A DNA stretch of 64,000 nucleotides from an uncultured Planctomycetota bacterium (GCA_963849325.1 CAWKHF010000005.1:64001-128000); one strand, 5' to 3'; counted from the stretch's first letter, positions 7,755 to 20,465 are shown. Numbers and translations are program-made. The notes: generated from the sequence alone by a model not told the origin.

Positions 7755-9066
7755 TTAACTTCCCTTCAGCGAATTGAACACCAACCCACTGAGCAATTTC
7801 GGATAGAAATACGTCGATTTGGGCGGCATCTTCTCCAGGTTGCCGGCGATCTGCTCGACGTGGTGCATCGTGGCCGGCGGCACCAGCACGGCCAACTTAC
7901 AATCCTTCCGCACCACCGCGTCCGTCACCTCGCGCAGCAGATGCACGTACTTGCATTCGGGCTTGCCGCCAACCGTCTGCGGCAGCAGATGGTCGAGCAC
8001 GGCGACGTGCAGAACGCTGACGGCCAGGCCGCGCCAGGCGGCGCTGTGGTCGGCGGCGTGCTCGGCCATCAGCTGCCGGCGTGCGGAACCGCGCCGTCTG
8101 CCAGACGCCGTCGGCCACGGTGCCGAAGCCGAGCAGCTCCTGCGAGCCGTCCGCCTCGATCAACTCCCAGGTATCGCGGGCGCCCTGCTCGCCCTGACCG
8201 ACGCGCTCAAGCTGGAAGTGCTGGCCGAGGATCGCGGCCAGGCGGTCGGCGGTCACGTCGGGGAGGCCGGAGACGAGGCGGTGCGTCGGCAGGATGATGA
8301 GGCCGGGATCGCTCATGCTGACGAGCATCATCAGGATGAAATTCGCCGCGGCCTCGTCGTCGCGGACCTCGCCGGCGGCGCGGCGCTCTTCGAGGTAACG
8401 CAGGCCGGTCTCGTAGCGGTGATGGCCGTCGGCGATGAAGACCGGCTTGGGACCGAGCAGGCCGGTGACGGCGCTGACGACGTGCTGGTCGGTCACCGGC
8501 CAGAGACGGCTGACGACGCCGAGGTGGTCGGTCGCTTGCAGCGGCAGGCTGCGCGAGACCAGGGCGTCGAGGTGCTGGATGACCTCGTCGCCGGGGTCGG
8601 GGTAGAGGCCGAAGACCGGGCTGAGGTTCATGCCGGTGGCGTGGAACAGCCGTAAGCGGTCGGCCTTGGGGCCGGCCAGCGTCTCCTCGTGCGGATAGAT
8701 GCGGCCGGTGCCGAACGGCTCCAGGCGAACGCGGGCCAAGAAGCCGCGGCGCGTGTAGCGGCGGCCCTCGACCTCGAAGTCCTGGTAGTAGACGTACAGG
8801 CCGCGGGCCGAATCTTGCACGAGAATGTCGTCGCGCTGCCAGTCGCGCAGGAAGCGGGCGGCGCGGCTGTAGCGGTTGTCCGTCTCGTTGTCGCCTGGCT
8901 CCTCCTTGTTGAGGATGAGGCGGATGACGTTGTAGGGGTTTTGGTCGTAGAGGGCTTGCTGCAGGGCCGGGTCGATGACGTCGTAGGGCGGGGCGATGAC
9001 GTCGCTGAGGGCGCCGACGCGGCCCAGGTCGTAGCGGAAGGCGCGGAACGCACGAACGTCGGCCAT
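7755..9066 (-). CDS. DUF1015 family protein (frameshifted)
   Basis: APPYDVI, IYPHEET, FIADGHHRYET, and C-terminal MPPKSTYFYPKLLSGL in a second frame. Confidence 0.9.
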
Positions 9067-9079
9067 ACATTCTCTCCGA

Positions 9080-9215
9080 TTCACCACCCAGACACAAAGA
9101 ACCCAAAGCCGGCAATGAAGTGAGTATATAAAAGAGGATGGCAACGACGGCGCCTCGATCCCATGCGCCCGCGCGATGGGTTCTTCCTTTGTGTTCTTTG
9201 TGCCTTGGTGGTGAA
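9080..9215. repeat. REP/MITE-like element with 9-nt-periodic inverted arms
   Basis: ttcaccacccagacacaaagaacccaaag ... ctttgtgttctttgtgccttggtggtgaa. Confidence 0.7.
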
Positions 9216-9220
9216 CGCTT

Positions 9221-9915
9221 ATGAGCGTGGATGCACTGGCCGAACGGCTGGCCGCCGTGGAAGATCGGCTCGGCGCCGCCTGCCGCCGGGCCGGCCGAGC
9301 GCGCAACGAGGTCACGCTCATCGCCGTGACCAAGACCGTCTCCGCCGACGTCGTCGCCCTGCTGCCGGGCCTGGGCGTCCACGATCTCGGCGAAAGCCGG
9401 CCGCAGGAGCTATGGCACAAGGCCGCCGTTGCCGCGGCGTCCGCTGGCACCTCATCGGCCACTTGCAGCGCAACAAGATCGAGCGCACCCTGCCGCTGGT
9501 GTCGCGCATTCATTCGGTGGACAGCCTGCGCTTGCTCGGCGCCCTGGAGACGATGGCGGAGAACCTGGCGCCAGTCCAACCTCTACCCGTGCTTCTGGAA
9601 ATCAACGTCAGCCGCGAGGCGAGCAAGCACGGCTTCGCACCGGAAGAGGTGGACGGCCTGGCCGCCGCCGTGGCGGCGTTGAAACACGTCCGCGTGGACG
9701 GACTGATGACGATGGCGGCCTACGAGGAGGACGCGGAGCGGACGCGGCCGACGTTCGCGGCCTTGCGGGAGCTGCGCGATCGGCTGTCGGCGACGCTGCG
9801 CCGGCCGCTGCCGCACCTGTCGATGGGCATGAGCAACGATTTCGAGGTCGCCGTCGAGGAAGGGGCGACGATGGTGCGCCTGGGCACGGTGCTGTTCGAG
9901 GGGATTGGCCCATGA
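9221..9915 (+). CDS. yggS: PLP homeostasis protein YggS (frameshifted)
   Basis: LIAVTKT, WHLIGHLQRNK, IHSVDS, LSMGMSNDFEVAVEEGATMVRLGT. Confidence 0.93.
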
Positions 9916-9938
9916 TCGCGGTCAATGAAGAAAAAATG

Positions 9939-10058
9939 AACCACGGATAACACGGATAACACGGATAAAAAAGACAAAAAATATTGAATGAGATGGAGTT
10001 ATTTGGCTATTCTTTCGTTTGTTATATTTCATCCGTTTTATCCGTGTAATCCGTGGTT
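9939..10058. repeat. REP/MITE-like element with 9-nt-periodic inverted arms
   Basis: aaccacggataacacggataacacggat ... atccgttttatccgtgtaatccgtggtt. Confidence 0.8.
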
Positions 10059-10097
10059 TTTCTTTTTTCTCTCTGTGTCCACCTCCCTGGAGGCATC

Positions 10098-10899
10098 GTG
10101 TCGGAAAAGCAGAGTCCGCAAGTGGGTGAAAAAGCCTGGCTGGCCCTGGTATTGGCGCTGGTCGCCGGCTGTATCGACGCGGTCGGTTACATGGTCCTTC
10201 TGAAGCTGTATACCGCGCACATGAGCGGCAACAGCGTCGGCGCGGCCGTTTACAGCGGCGAAGGCAAGGGAGGCCAAAGCCTTCGAGCGCGCCTTCCCCA
10301 TTCCGGTGTTCGTGCTCGGCGTGGCCGCCGGCGCCACCCTGAGCGAAGCCTTGGCCCGCCGCGGCCTGCGTCGCATCTTCACCGTGGCCGTCACGCTGGA
10401 GGCGGCCTTGCTGCTCGTTTTCCTGCTGTGCGGCGGCTCCGCGTTGCGTGACGGCGCTCTGCCCGAGGAGCCGGCCTGGCGGTTTTACCTGCTCGTCGCC
10501 CTGCCCACCCTGGCGATGGGCGTTCAGAACGCCAGCCTGCGCCGCGTCGGCGGCGTCACCGTGCGCACCACCTACATCAGCGGCATGCTCACCAACTTCG
10601 CCGAGCAGACGGTGCAATACCTGTTCTGGCTGCGCGACCACTGGGCCGAACATCGCGGCCGGCCGGCGGCCCTGCTCCGGCTGTCCCTGGAGCAGCCGCC
10701 GTTCGGTCATTTGTCGCTGCAATTGAGCATTTGGCTGGCCTTCGTCCTGGGTGCGATCCTGGGAGTGGCGGCCACGCTGCGCTGGGGTCTGCTGTCGTTA
10801 GCAGTGCCCATCGCTTGCCTGGGTATCGTCGCTGTCTGCGATATGCTGCGCCCGATTCATCCCCCGCGCCAGGAGGAGTCCAAGCCCGACTGGACGTGA
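10098..10899 (+). CDS. YoaK/DUF1275 family membrane protein (frameshifted)
   Basis: AGCIDAVGY...YTAHMSGNS, AMGVQNA, VRTTYISGMLT. Confidence 0.85.
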
Positions 10900-10916
10900 A
10901 GCCGTTCGCCGCGGCG

Positions 10917-11585
10917 CTACTCTTCCTCGAAGGAATCCGTCGGCCGGAAGAAATCGGTATCCGGATGCGGAGGCGGCGTCCCGGTGATGTCGGTCCTGGC
11001 GTCGGCTCGGCGGCGCGGAGCGGCCTCCCGAACGCGCGGCGGACGGAAGGCCGGGGTGTAACGGCGCGTCACGAAAGACAGGACCAACCCGACGGCGAGT
11101 CCGGGGATGGTGCCGAGCAGGCAGCGGTCGGCGCCCAGCAGCACGCCCGCGACGAACGAGCCGAGCAGACCGGCGACGAACACTAGCAGGACCGCCCGCA
11201 TTCCGTGGCGCGTCATCCCGTAGGCCAGCACGCCGAAAAACGCCGCCGCGCCAACGAGGAGCAGGCTGCCCAGCGCCGCCGGCACGAGCAGCTCTCCTAC
11301 TTCACGGCCGCCTAGCCCCAGGAGGGCGCCGCCGACGAGACCGAGCGTTCCCAGAAACAGAACGCCGTCGGCCGCGCCAACGACCGCGCCCTGCGCGACG
11401 GGCGACAGCTCCCGCTCTCCCGTCCGGACGAACGCCTCCACCACCTGCCGACCCAGACGGGTGCCGGCCATGCGTCCGCTCTGCGCGAACAGCGCTCCCG
11501 TCAGCGCGCCGAAGGCACCACCGAGAAGGGATCCCCCACCGGCGCCGCTGACTATCCAAAGGCCGATCCGCAGCCGCTCGTCCAT
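10917..11585 (-). CDS. Hypothetical membrane protein
   Basis: 222-aa ORF with several Gly-rich hydrophobic helices and an RBS (ggagga). Confidence 0.7.
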   Translation of the reverse strand: MDERLRIGLWIVSGAGGGSLLGGAFGALTGALFAQSGRMAGTRLGRQVVEAFVRTGERELSPVAQGAVVGAADGVLFLGTLGLVGGALLGLGGREVGELLVPAALGSLLLVGAAAFFGVLAYGMTRHGMRAVLLVFVAGLLGSFVAGVLLGADRCLLGTIPGLAVGLVLSFVTRRYTPAFRPPRVREAAPRRRADARTDITGTPPPHPDTDFFRPTDSFEEE

Positions 11586-11784
11586 GTCCCATCCTCCGCG
11601 GGGATTGTACCGGATGTGCCGTTCGGGACGAACACGAGCATGGCCGTCCGCCGGGAGAGATGAAAGATATTTTATCCAGCGCTCATGCTTGCTTCAGCCG
11701 GCTCGGGTATGCTGCGGGGCATACGGTGACGGCCCGTCAGGGTGACGGCTGCCGTCGAATGCGGTCCCCAATCAGGAGAGCACG

Positions 11785-12681
11785 ATGCAACGATGGCGTG
11801 GTTGGCTGGTGGCGAGTCTCGTCGCGGTTGGCTCCGTGGCCTTCGCCGTTGCGGAGGACCAGGAAGGGAAGGTGTCGCTTGACAAAGTGCCCAAAGCGGT
11901 CCTGGATGCGGTCAAGACCAAGTACGCCAAGGGAAAAATCGTGGCCGCCGAGTTCGAGACGGAAAGCGGCACCAAGCTGTACAAACTGGACGTCAAAGTC
12001 GGCAATGCGGAATTGGAGGTCAAGGTTCGGCCCGATGGGAAGATCCTGAGAGTGGAAAAGGAAATCGCCCCGGACAAGCTGCCGCCAACGGTTCGGAAAG
12101 CGTTTGCGGCGAAATTTCCCGGAAAGCACATCAAGAAGGTTGAGCAGATCGAACAACGAGGTCTCGTCCTCTACGAGATCGAATTCTACCTGCAAGGCAC
12201 CAGCGGCAAGGACAAGGAAGTGATGTTCACGGCCGAAGGAAAAGAGGCCACCGTCGAAGAAGGCGGCGAGATCGAGGTCCCGGTGGCGGAACTGCCCAAG
12301 AAGGTTGTTTCCGCCGTGAAAGCCCTGTTCCCGCACGGCGAACTGACCAAGGGCGAAAAGGAAAAACTGGACGAGGAAATCGTCTACACGGTTGTGGTCA
12401 AAGACAAGGGCAAGCCGGTCGAAGTAACCCTCAACGGCGAAGGCAAAATCCTGGAGGTGGAAAAGGAGGTCGCCGCCAAGGACCTGCCGAAGGCCGTGGT
12501 CGAAGCGCTCCGGGCCAAGTATCCCAAGGCTGCGATCGAGGAGGCGGCGGTGGAAATCAAGGGAGAATCGAAAGTCTACCGGGTGTCGTTGCTTACCGCG
12601 GACAAGAAGAAGGTGGATGTGAAGCTCGATGCCGGCGGCAAAATCCTGATCGAAGAACGCAAGGACAAGAAGAACGATTGA
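11785..12681 (+). CDS. Secreted PepSY-like repeat protein
   Basis: Signal peptide and four repeats of a LPKAV..A.K.KYP...YE...G.ILE-type unit. Confidence 0.8.
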   Translation: MQRWRGWLVASLVAVGSVAFAVAEDQEGKVSLDKVPKAVLDAVKTKYAKGKIVAAEFETESGTKLYKLDVKVGNAELEVKVRPDGKILRVEKEIAPDKLPPTVRKAFAAKFPGKHIKKVEQIEQRGLVLYEIEFYLQGTSGKDKEVMFTAEGKEATVEEGGEIEVPVAELPKKVVSAVKALFPHGELTKGEKEKLDEEIVYTVVVKDKGKPVEVTLNGEGKILEVEKEVAAKDLPKAVVEALRAKYPKAAIEEAAVEIKGESKVYRVSLLTADKKKVDVKLDAGGKILIEERKDKKND

Positions 12682-12770
12682 GCAGCCGTGCCGCGCGGCT
12701 AGGATGTGGCCCGAACGGATGGTACAACAATCGAGTTGGCCATCCGTTCTTATCTCGTCGGGATGGAGAC

Positions 12771-13449
12771 ATGGGCATTCGCATCCTGGTTGTCGAGGAT
12801 GAGCCGGCGATCGCGGATTTCCTGGTGCGCGGTTTGCGCGAGGAGGGTTTCACGGTCGAGCACGCCGGCGACGGCGAATCGGCCTGGCACGCCCTGGACA
12901 GCGGCGGCTGGGATGTCGTGCTGCTGGACTGGTGGCTGCCGGGCGCCGATGGTTTGACCTTGCTGCGCCGCTATCGCCGGGCGGACGGCGCGGCGCCGGT
13001 GCTGTTTTTGACGGCGCGCGACGCCGTCTCCGATCGCGTGCGCGGCCTGGACGGTGGGGCCGACGATTACCTGTGCAAGCCGTTCGCCTTCGACGAATTG
13101 CTCGGCGCATCCGCGCCCTGGCCCGCCGTCACGAGCGCGGCGCCGATACGGTGCTGAGTTGCGCCGGCGTGCGCATCGACTTGGCGACACAGGCGCGGAA
13201 CGGGCCGGGCGGCGACTGGACCTGACGGCCAAGGAGCAAGCCCTGCTCGTCTTGTTCCTGCGTCATCCCGGCGAAGTGCTGTCGCGGACGCGCATCTACG
13301 AACACGTCTGGGACGAGCGTTATGACGGCCTGTCGAACACGCTGGAAGTCCACGTCATGGAACTGCGGCGCAAGCTGGAGGTACACGGGCCGCGCCTGAT
13401 CCACACGCGGCGCGGCCGCGGCTACGTCTTCGAGGAGACGCCGTCATGA
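12771..13449 (+). CDS. OmpR-family response regulator (frameshifted)
   Basis: RILVVEDE, LLDWWLP, GADDYLCKPF, and winged helix LTAKE...IHTRRGRGY. Confidence 0.92.
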
Positions 13450-14899
13450 CGCTGACCACGCGGCTGTCGGTGTTCTTTCTCGGCACGCTGGCGGCCGTGC
13501 TGCTCGGCTTCTCGACGACGCTGTATCTGCTGGCCCACACCTATTTGCATCGCCAGATCGAGGACCGCTTGGAGGCGGCGCTGGAACGTCCTGTCGGCGA
13601 CGGCGGAGGTCAAGCCGGATGGCGTCGAGTGGGAGGCGAGCGAACGTCCGGTGTCGCTGGCGCCGCCGCCCGGCGCGGAGCCGATCGTCTGGAGAGTATG
13701 CGACGATCGCGGCCGAGCGATCGACCGCTCCCGCGACCGCGACGACGCGAACCCCTGGTGCGCAACGAAGCCTCGTGGCGAGTGCGAAGCCGGCGCTTGC
13801 CGGTCGAGTCGGTCCCCGGCATCGGGAAGGTGGGGCATCGCCATCGACGAGAGAACATGAAAAGGAGAGGAAATATCCTTTTATCGTGCTGACGGTGGGT
13901 CTGCCGCTGCGTTCCGCGGCCACGACCTTGCGGGACTTGCTGTTTCTGCTGGGCGGCCTGTCGGCGCTGTTGTGGTTGTCGGCGGCGCTGGTGGGCGGCC
14001 GCCTGTGTCGCCGGGCACTGGCGCCGGTGCTGCGAATGGCGGAGGCGGCCGGCGCCATGAACGCGGCCGACCCCGGACAGCGTTTGCCGGCCGTGGATAC
14101 CGGCGACGAGCTGGAAGAGCTGAATCGCGCCTTCAATCAGTTACTCGCCCGTTTGCAGGAGTCCTTCGAGCAGCAGCGGCGTTTCACCGGCGATGCCTCG
14201 CATCAGTTGCGGACGCCGTTGACGGCCATGCTCGGACAGATCGAGATCGCCCTGCGTCGTCCGCGCGCGGCGGAGGAATATCACCGGACGCTGACGGTGC
14301 TGCACGGACAGACGCTGCACGTGCGGCAGATCGTGGAGACGCTGTTGTTCCTCGCTCGCGCCGACGCCGAGGCCAAATCGCCGCAGCTCGAACGCCTCGA
14401 CGTGCGGACGTGGCTGACGGAGCATCTGGCGACGTGGTCCGGCCATGCGCGGGCGGCGGACCTGCGGACGGAGATGGCGGGCGATGGCCCCTTGTGGGTG
14501 CGGGCGCAGGCGCCCTTGCTGGGCCAGTTCGTGGACAATCTGCTGGAGAATGCGTGCAAATATAGCATGGCCGGCTCGTCCATCACGGTTCGGCTGGCGG
14601 AGGAAGGAGGAATCGTGTCTCTATCGGTGGCGGACGCTGGCGACGGCATCTCCGCCGAGGACTTGACGCACATTTTCGAGCCGTTTTATCGCTCGATTCA
14701 GGCGCGGTGCCGAGGTGTGCCGGGCATCGGTCTGGGCCTGGCCGTGGCGCAGCGCATTGCACTGGCGTTGGGCGGCGTGCTGCGTGTCGAGAGCCAGCCA
14801 GAGCGAGGATCGCGTTTAGCTTCAGATGGAAGTCGCTGGCGGGTAGGAGAGAAAGGGGGAATGCCCACGCGTCAGGGAATGAATACCGATTATACCTAA
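13446..14899 (+). CDS. HAMP sensor histidine kinase (frameshifted, 3' end atypical)
   Basis: FTGDASHQLRTPL H-box, NLLENACKYS, DAGDGI, GIGLGLA. Confidence 0.9.
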
Positions 14900-15173
14900 A
14901 CTCTGCCGAGATTGTGATTCGCAGAGAACGTCGCCCTTTTCCGTTCCCTTTTCCGTTAGAACGTCACCCTTTTCCATTCTGAGTCTACCGACTCCCGCAT
15001 GGGCTATGCCGCACGGAGGGGTACTACCCGGTCGGCGGCGCCGCTTTCCTCGGGCGGGGAATTGACGATCCGGTAGCCAAAGGGGATACTAGGCGTCGCG
15101 TTGTCGCGGCCCAAGAAGCCGCCAGCAGGGTCACCATCGGCGTGCCCACACCCCCGTTAGCGCAGGAAGGACC

Positions 15174-16665
15174 ATGAGCACTTTTCACCGACACTTGCTA
15201 CCCAGATTCACTCCATTCATCCTTACCATCGGCACGGCCTTTCTGTCGATCCGCTCGGAAAGCAAGGTCTATTCCGCGGAAAAGACAGGTGTACCCAACA
15301 TCGTCTTCATCCTCGCCGACGACCTCGGCTATGGCGATTTGCACTGTTACAACAAGGACTCGAAGGTCCCGACGCCGCACCTCGACCGCCTGGCCGCGCA
15401 GGGCACGCGCTTCACCGACGCGCACACGCCATCCTCGCTGTGTACGCCGACGCGCTACGGCATCCTGACTGGCCGATACTGCTGGCGCTCGTCGCTGAAA
15501 CGCGGCGTGCTCAACGGCTACTCGCCGCTGTTGATCGAGCCGAAGCGCCTGACCGCGGCGTCTCTGCTCAAGCGTCACGGCTACGTCACGGCCGGCGTCG
15601 GCAAATGGCACCTCGGCCTGGGCGACGGCGGCAAGACCGACTTCGCCAAGCCGCTGCGGCCCGGCCCGTGCTCGGTCGGCTTCGATTCGTACTTCGGCAT
15701 CCCCGCCTCGCTCGACATGCCGCCTTACGTATTCATCGAGAACGAGGGCGTCACCGAGGCGCCGACGGCGACGATCGAGGCGAGTGCCATGCGCCGCCGG
15801 GGCGGCGACGGCTTCTGGCGCGCGGCGCCATCGCGCCGCACTTCAAGCACGCCGACGTCCTGCCGGCGCTGACCGAGCGCGCGGTCGGGCTTCGTCCGCA
15901 AGCAATCGGCTGAACAAGCCGTTCTTTCTCTATCTGGCGCTGACGGCGCCGCATACGCCGTGGATGCCGACCGAGGCGTTTCGCGGCAAGAGCGCGGCAG
16001 GCTGGTACGGCGATTTCGTCGCCCAGGTCGATGCCAGTGTCGGCCGTTTACTGCAAGCGCTGGACGAGGCGAAATTATCGGACAACACGCTGCTGATCTT
16101 CACCAGCGACAACGGGGCGCACTGGCTGCCGACCGACATCGACAAATGGGGACACCGGGCCAACGACGGCCTGCGCGGCCAGAAGGCCGACATCTGGGAC
16201 GGCGGTCATCGCGTGCCGTTTCTGGCTCGCTGGCCCGGCCGCGTTCCGGCCGGCGTCACGAGCAAGGAGCTGATTTGCCTGACGGATTTCCTGGCGACGG
16301 CGGCGGCCCTCGTCGGCGCCGAGCTGCCGGCCGACGCCGGTGAGGACAGTTACAACATCCTGCCCGCCCTGCGCGGCGACAAGCGCGATAAGCCAATCCG
16401 CGAGGCAATCGTACATCACTCCGGCGATGGTACGCTGGGCATCCGTCAGGGTCCGTGGAAGCTGGCGCTGGCGCTCGGCTCGCACGGGTTCAGCCAGCCG
16501 GCGAACGTCAAACCGAAACCCGACGGACCCAGGGGCCAGCTCTACAACCTCGACGACGATCCCGAGGAGCGCAACAATCAGTGGTTGGACAAGCCCGAGA
16601 TCGTGAAGCGCCTGACGGCGCTGCTGGAGAAGTACCAGCGCGAGGGCCGCAGCCGGCCGCGCTGA
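15174..16665 (+). CDS. Arylsulfatase (frameshifted)
   Basis: PNIVFILADDLGYGD, CTPTR formylglycine motif, GKWHLG, FTSDNG. Confidence 0.93.
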
Positions 16666-16739
16666 CCTCGCTCGTCTTGCCGTAAGGTTGTCCGCGTGGG
16701 ATACTGCGAGAGGGTCGCCCTATTTTCCCGGAGATCGCC

Positions 16740-16937
16740 GTGAGCCTGCAGGAACTCGAATCCGCCGTAAGCCAGCTGCCCGCTGACGAGTTAACCGCCT
16801 TTGCGCGGTGGTTTGAGGAGTACCTCGCGGACGCCTGGGATCGCCGCATCGAAGCGGACATCCAGGCCGGACGATTGGAAGAGGCGGGTCGCCGTGCGGA
16901 TGCTGATTTCGAGGCGGGGCGGTGCAAGCCGCTATGA
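16740..16937 (+). CDS. Small antitoxin-like protein
   Basis: 65 aa, WDRRIEAD...GRL motif. Overlaps a truncated toxin start (ATGA). Confidence 0.6.
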   Translation: MSLQELESAVSQLPADELTAFARWFEEYLADAWDRRIEADIQAGRLEEAGRRADADFEAGRCKPL

Positions 16938-16972
16938 ACCACTTTGCCATGCCCGATTTCTGGTATTGTTGA
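16934..16972 (+). pseudogene. N-terminal remnant of a ParE/RelE-like toxin
   Basis: MNHFAMPDFWYC*, translationally coupled to the antitoxin-like gene. Confidence 0.4.
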
Positions 16973-16973
16973 C

Positions 16974-17321
16974 ATGGATGAGGCCGACTACTGGGTATCG
17001 TTGGAGTTCCGTGTCTGCCGCGAGTTCGCGGGGATGCCGGAGAACCGCGTCCGCTTCCTGTGGTGCGATGGCTTCATCCCAGAACGATACTTCCTGGATG
17101 GCCCATCGCCACGCATCACGGGCCGGGCGTGGATCGGTAATGGTCCCCGACAAGACGAATGGATTTTCACGCTCTTCTTGAATCAGACATTCGGTTCGCC
17201 GCGAGAGATAGAATGGCAGCGACTGCTCCCCCCGGAGAACGTCACTCGATGGCTGGCTGTTGACCTGCCGGGTAAGCGTATCCAAGTCGAGCCGGCGGCG
17301 ACGGTCGCCGAGGGAAAGTAG
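16974..17321 (+). CDS. Hypothetical protein
   Basis: ORF MDEADYWVSLEFRVCREF... with protein-like composition. Confidence 0.6.
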   Translation: MDEADYWVSLEFRVCREFAGMPENRVRFLWCDGFIPERYFLDGPSPRITGRAWIGNGPRQDEWIFTLFLNQTFGSPREIEWQRLLPPENVTRWLAVDLPGKRIQVEPAATVAEGK

Positions 17322-17398
17322 CGGTCTGTTCGGCGCACCATCCACAGCGTCGCCAAGCGGATCGCGGGTAGTGTGGCCGGTGACAAGGACCGATCCCA

Positions 17399-17884
17399 AT
17401 GGTACAGCGAACTCCCGTGGCAACCGCCGCCTTGTACGAACAGGACGAAACAGCCTGGCTGGAGGCAACGGCCGAGCTAATCCGGCAAGGGCAGCTGGAC
17501 GGGGTGGATTTGGACACCCTGGCGGAGTATCTAACGGACATGGCCAAGCGGGACCGTCGTGAGGTGTACAGTCGGTTGGTGGTGTTGCTGTCCCATCTGC
17601 TGAAGGGGGACTACCAGCCGGATCACCGCTCTGGGTCGTGGCAAGGGACCATTTTGGAGCAGCAGCGGGAATTGCGTCAGCTCCTGGAGAGCAATACCCT
17701 CCGAAACCACGCCATCGCGGTGTTCGCCGCTGCGTATGCGGACGCCCGCAAGCAAGCCGCAGCAGAGACGGGGCTGACACGCGGGACGTTCCCAGAAGAG
17801 TACCCTTGGAACCTGGACGGCGCACTTGCCGACCGCGGCGAAGACGCCGATCCCAATGCGGCGGCAGATCGGCCACGCCAATGA
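17399..17884 (+). CDS. DUF29 family protein
   Basis: LYEQDETAWL, LAEYLTDM, LLSHLLK, SWQGTILEQQ, AAAETGL...FPEEYPW. Confidence 0.9.
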   Translation: MVQRTPVATAALYEQDETAWLEATAELIRQGQLDGVDLDTLAEYLTDMAKRDRREVYSRLVVLLSHLLKGDYQPDHRSGSWQGTILEQQRELRQLLESNTLRNHAIAVFAAAYADARKQAAAETGLTRGTFPEEYPWNLDGALADRGEDADPNAAADRPRQ

Positions 17885-18065
17885 GGTTTCTCCGCGTTTC
17901 AACGTCTTTCCTCGCGGAGCCGGCTGCGGAGTGCGTGGGAGGATGTGCCTGGCGTCCGCCCCTGCCTTTAGACCCCGCCGCGCATAAAACGAAACTTTTT
18001 CCGAAACCATTTCCCGCCGCGTTTGTTAGAATCTACGGTGAGTCGCCTACCCGCCGAGACACCGC

Positions 18066-20404
18066 ATGAGACCGCCGTCGGCCCGCCTTTATTCGATCTC
18101 CTTCCTTTCCGTGCTGGCACTGCTCGCCGCGGGGTCCGCGCTTTGCGCCGCGGACGCCGGCGTTGTCTTCTTCGAGACGAAAGTGCGCCCGGTGCTGGTC
18201 GAGCACTGTTATCGCTGCCATTCGACGGCGACGAAGCAGCGCGGCGGATTGAGCCTGGACAGCCGCGACGGACTCCGCAAGGGCGGCGATACAGGGCCGG
18301 CGCTCGTGCCGGGTCAACCGAAGGACAGCCTGCTCCTCCAGGCGGTGCGCTACAGCGAGGAGCTGCGCATGCCGCCCAAAGGCAAGCTGCCCGACGCCGT
18401 CATCGCCGATTTGGAGAAGTGGATCGCGATGGGCGCGCCCGACCCGCGCACCGGGTCCGGCGCCGTCGTCGCGGCGAAAGGGATCGACGTGGAGGAGGGT
18501 CGCAAGTTCTGGGCGTTCCAGCCGCCGCGACCTCATCGCGTGCCGCAGGTCCAGGACACGAGCTGGCCGCGCGGCGACATCGATGCGTTCCTGCTCGCCG
18601 GCCTGGAGGCGAAGGGTCTGCGTCCGGCCGCGGACGCCGACCGGGCCGTGCTGCTGCGCCGCGTCTGTTTCGACCTCCTCGGCCTGCCGCCGACGCCGGG
18701 CCAAATCGACGCCTTCGTGAACGACCCATCGCCGAACGCCTTCGTCCGCGTCGTCGATGATTTGCTGGCCTCGCCGCACTTCGGCGAGCGCTGGGGTCGG
18801 CACTGGCTCGACGTGGCTCGCTTCGCCGAGTCCTCCGGCGGCGGCCGTTCGCTGCTGTTCCCCGACGCCTGGCGCTACCGCGATTACGTCATCGAATCGT
18901 TCAACGCCGACCGGCCCTACGACCAGCTTCGTCACCGAGCAGATCGCCGGCGATCTGCTGTCCGCTGCGACGCCGGAACAACGCCGCCGTCAGCTCGTCG
19001 CCACCGCTTTCCTGGTGCTCGGACCCACCAATTACGAGCAGCAGAACAAGGACGCTCTGGAGATGGACGTGGTGGACGAACAACTCGACACGATGGGCCG
19101 GGCCATCCTCGGCCTGACGATCGGCTGCGCTCGCTGTCACGATCACAAGTTCGATCCCATCCCGACGCGCGATTACTACGCCCTGGCCGGCATTCTGCAC
19201 AGCACGCGGACACTCCTTCACGACAACGTGTCGCGCTGGGTCGAGCAGCCGCTGCCGGTGAGTACCGAGCAGGATGAAACGATCCAACGACACGAGGCCG
19301 CCATCGCCGAGCTGCGCCAGCGTCTCAAGCAGGCCCGGACGGAGAAGGGCCAAAGCAAGGCAGCGGTGGAGTTGGAGAAGGAACTGCGGCGACGGATCGA
19401 GAGCGGGCCGCGGCGGCCGACGGCGATGGCGGTGCGCGACGCGGAGCGCATCGAGGATTGCGCCATCTGCATCCGCGGTAACATTGCCAGCCGTGGCGCC
19501 AAGGTGCCGCGCGGCTTCCTGCAAGTCGCCAGCACCGTCCCTTCACCCGCGCTGTCGGCGCGGGAGAGTGGTCGCCGCGAGCTGGCCGCCTGGCTGACCC
19601 GGCCGGACAATCCGCTGACGGCGCGAGTGATGGTCAATCGCATCTGGCATCACCTGTTCGGCGCCGGCCTGGTACGCACGGTGGACAACTTCGGCAGCGC
19701 CGGCGAACGGCCCTCGCATCCGGAATTGCTCGATGCGCTCGCCCTCCGTTTCGTGCAAGACGGCTGGTCCATCAAGAAACTGATCCGCGTCCTCGTGCTG
19801 TCGCACGCCTACCAAATGAGCAGCGCCGCCGGGCCGGAGGCGCCTGCGCGTCGATCCCGAGAATCGACTGCTGGGACGCATGAATCGACGCCGTCTCGAC
19901 GCCGAGTGTCTGCGCGACGCCATGCTGGCCGTCAGCGGCCGGCTCGACCGTTCGCTCGGCGGACCCACTATCCGGAAGGGCACGACCAGCGAGATCGCCT
20001 ATCGTTTCGACGAGACGCGCCGCAGCGTGTACGTGCCGATTTTCCGCAACAAGCTGCTGGAGCTGTTCGAGGCGTTCGACTTCGGCGACCCCAATCTCGT
20101 CAACGGCCGCCGCAACGTCAGCACCGTCGCCACGCAGGCGCTGTATCTGATGAACAGCCCGTTCGTGAGGGAGCAGGCGCGGCAGGCGGCGCGGGCGCTG
20201 CTCGACGTGCCGGGCCTGGACGAAAGCGGCCGTCTGGAACGTGCCTATCGTCTGGCGTTAGGCCGAGCCGCCGACGCTGCGCGAGCGCGACATCGCCTTG
20301 ACGTTCCTTGGCTCGTCCGAGGACAGGCAGCGCGGAACAGCGGTTGCCCAAATGGGGGCGGTTGTACCAGGCTTTGTTTGCGTGCCTGGATTTTCGCTAT
20401 GTGA
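18066..20404 (+). CDS. Planctomycete cytochrome c / PSCyt2 (DUF1549) / PSD1 (DUF1553) protein (frameshifted)
   Basis: CYRCH and CARCHDHKFDP, WGRHWLDVARFAES, NPLTARVMVNRIW. Confidence 0.92.
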
Positions 20405-20465
20405 ACTGATGCGGGTTATAGCAACGGAACAGGTAACGAGAAGTAGGGTGCGGGAACGGATAGTG

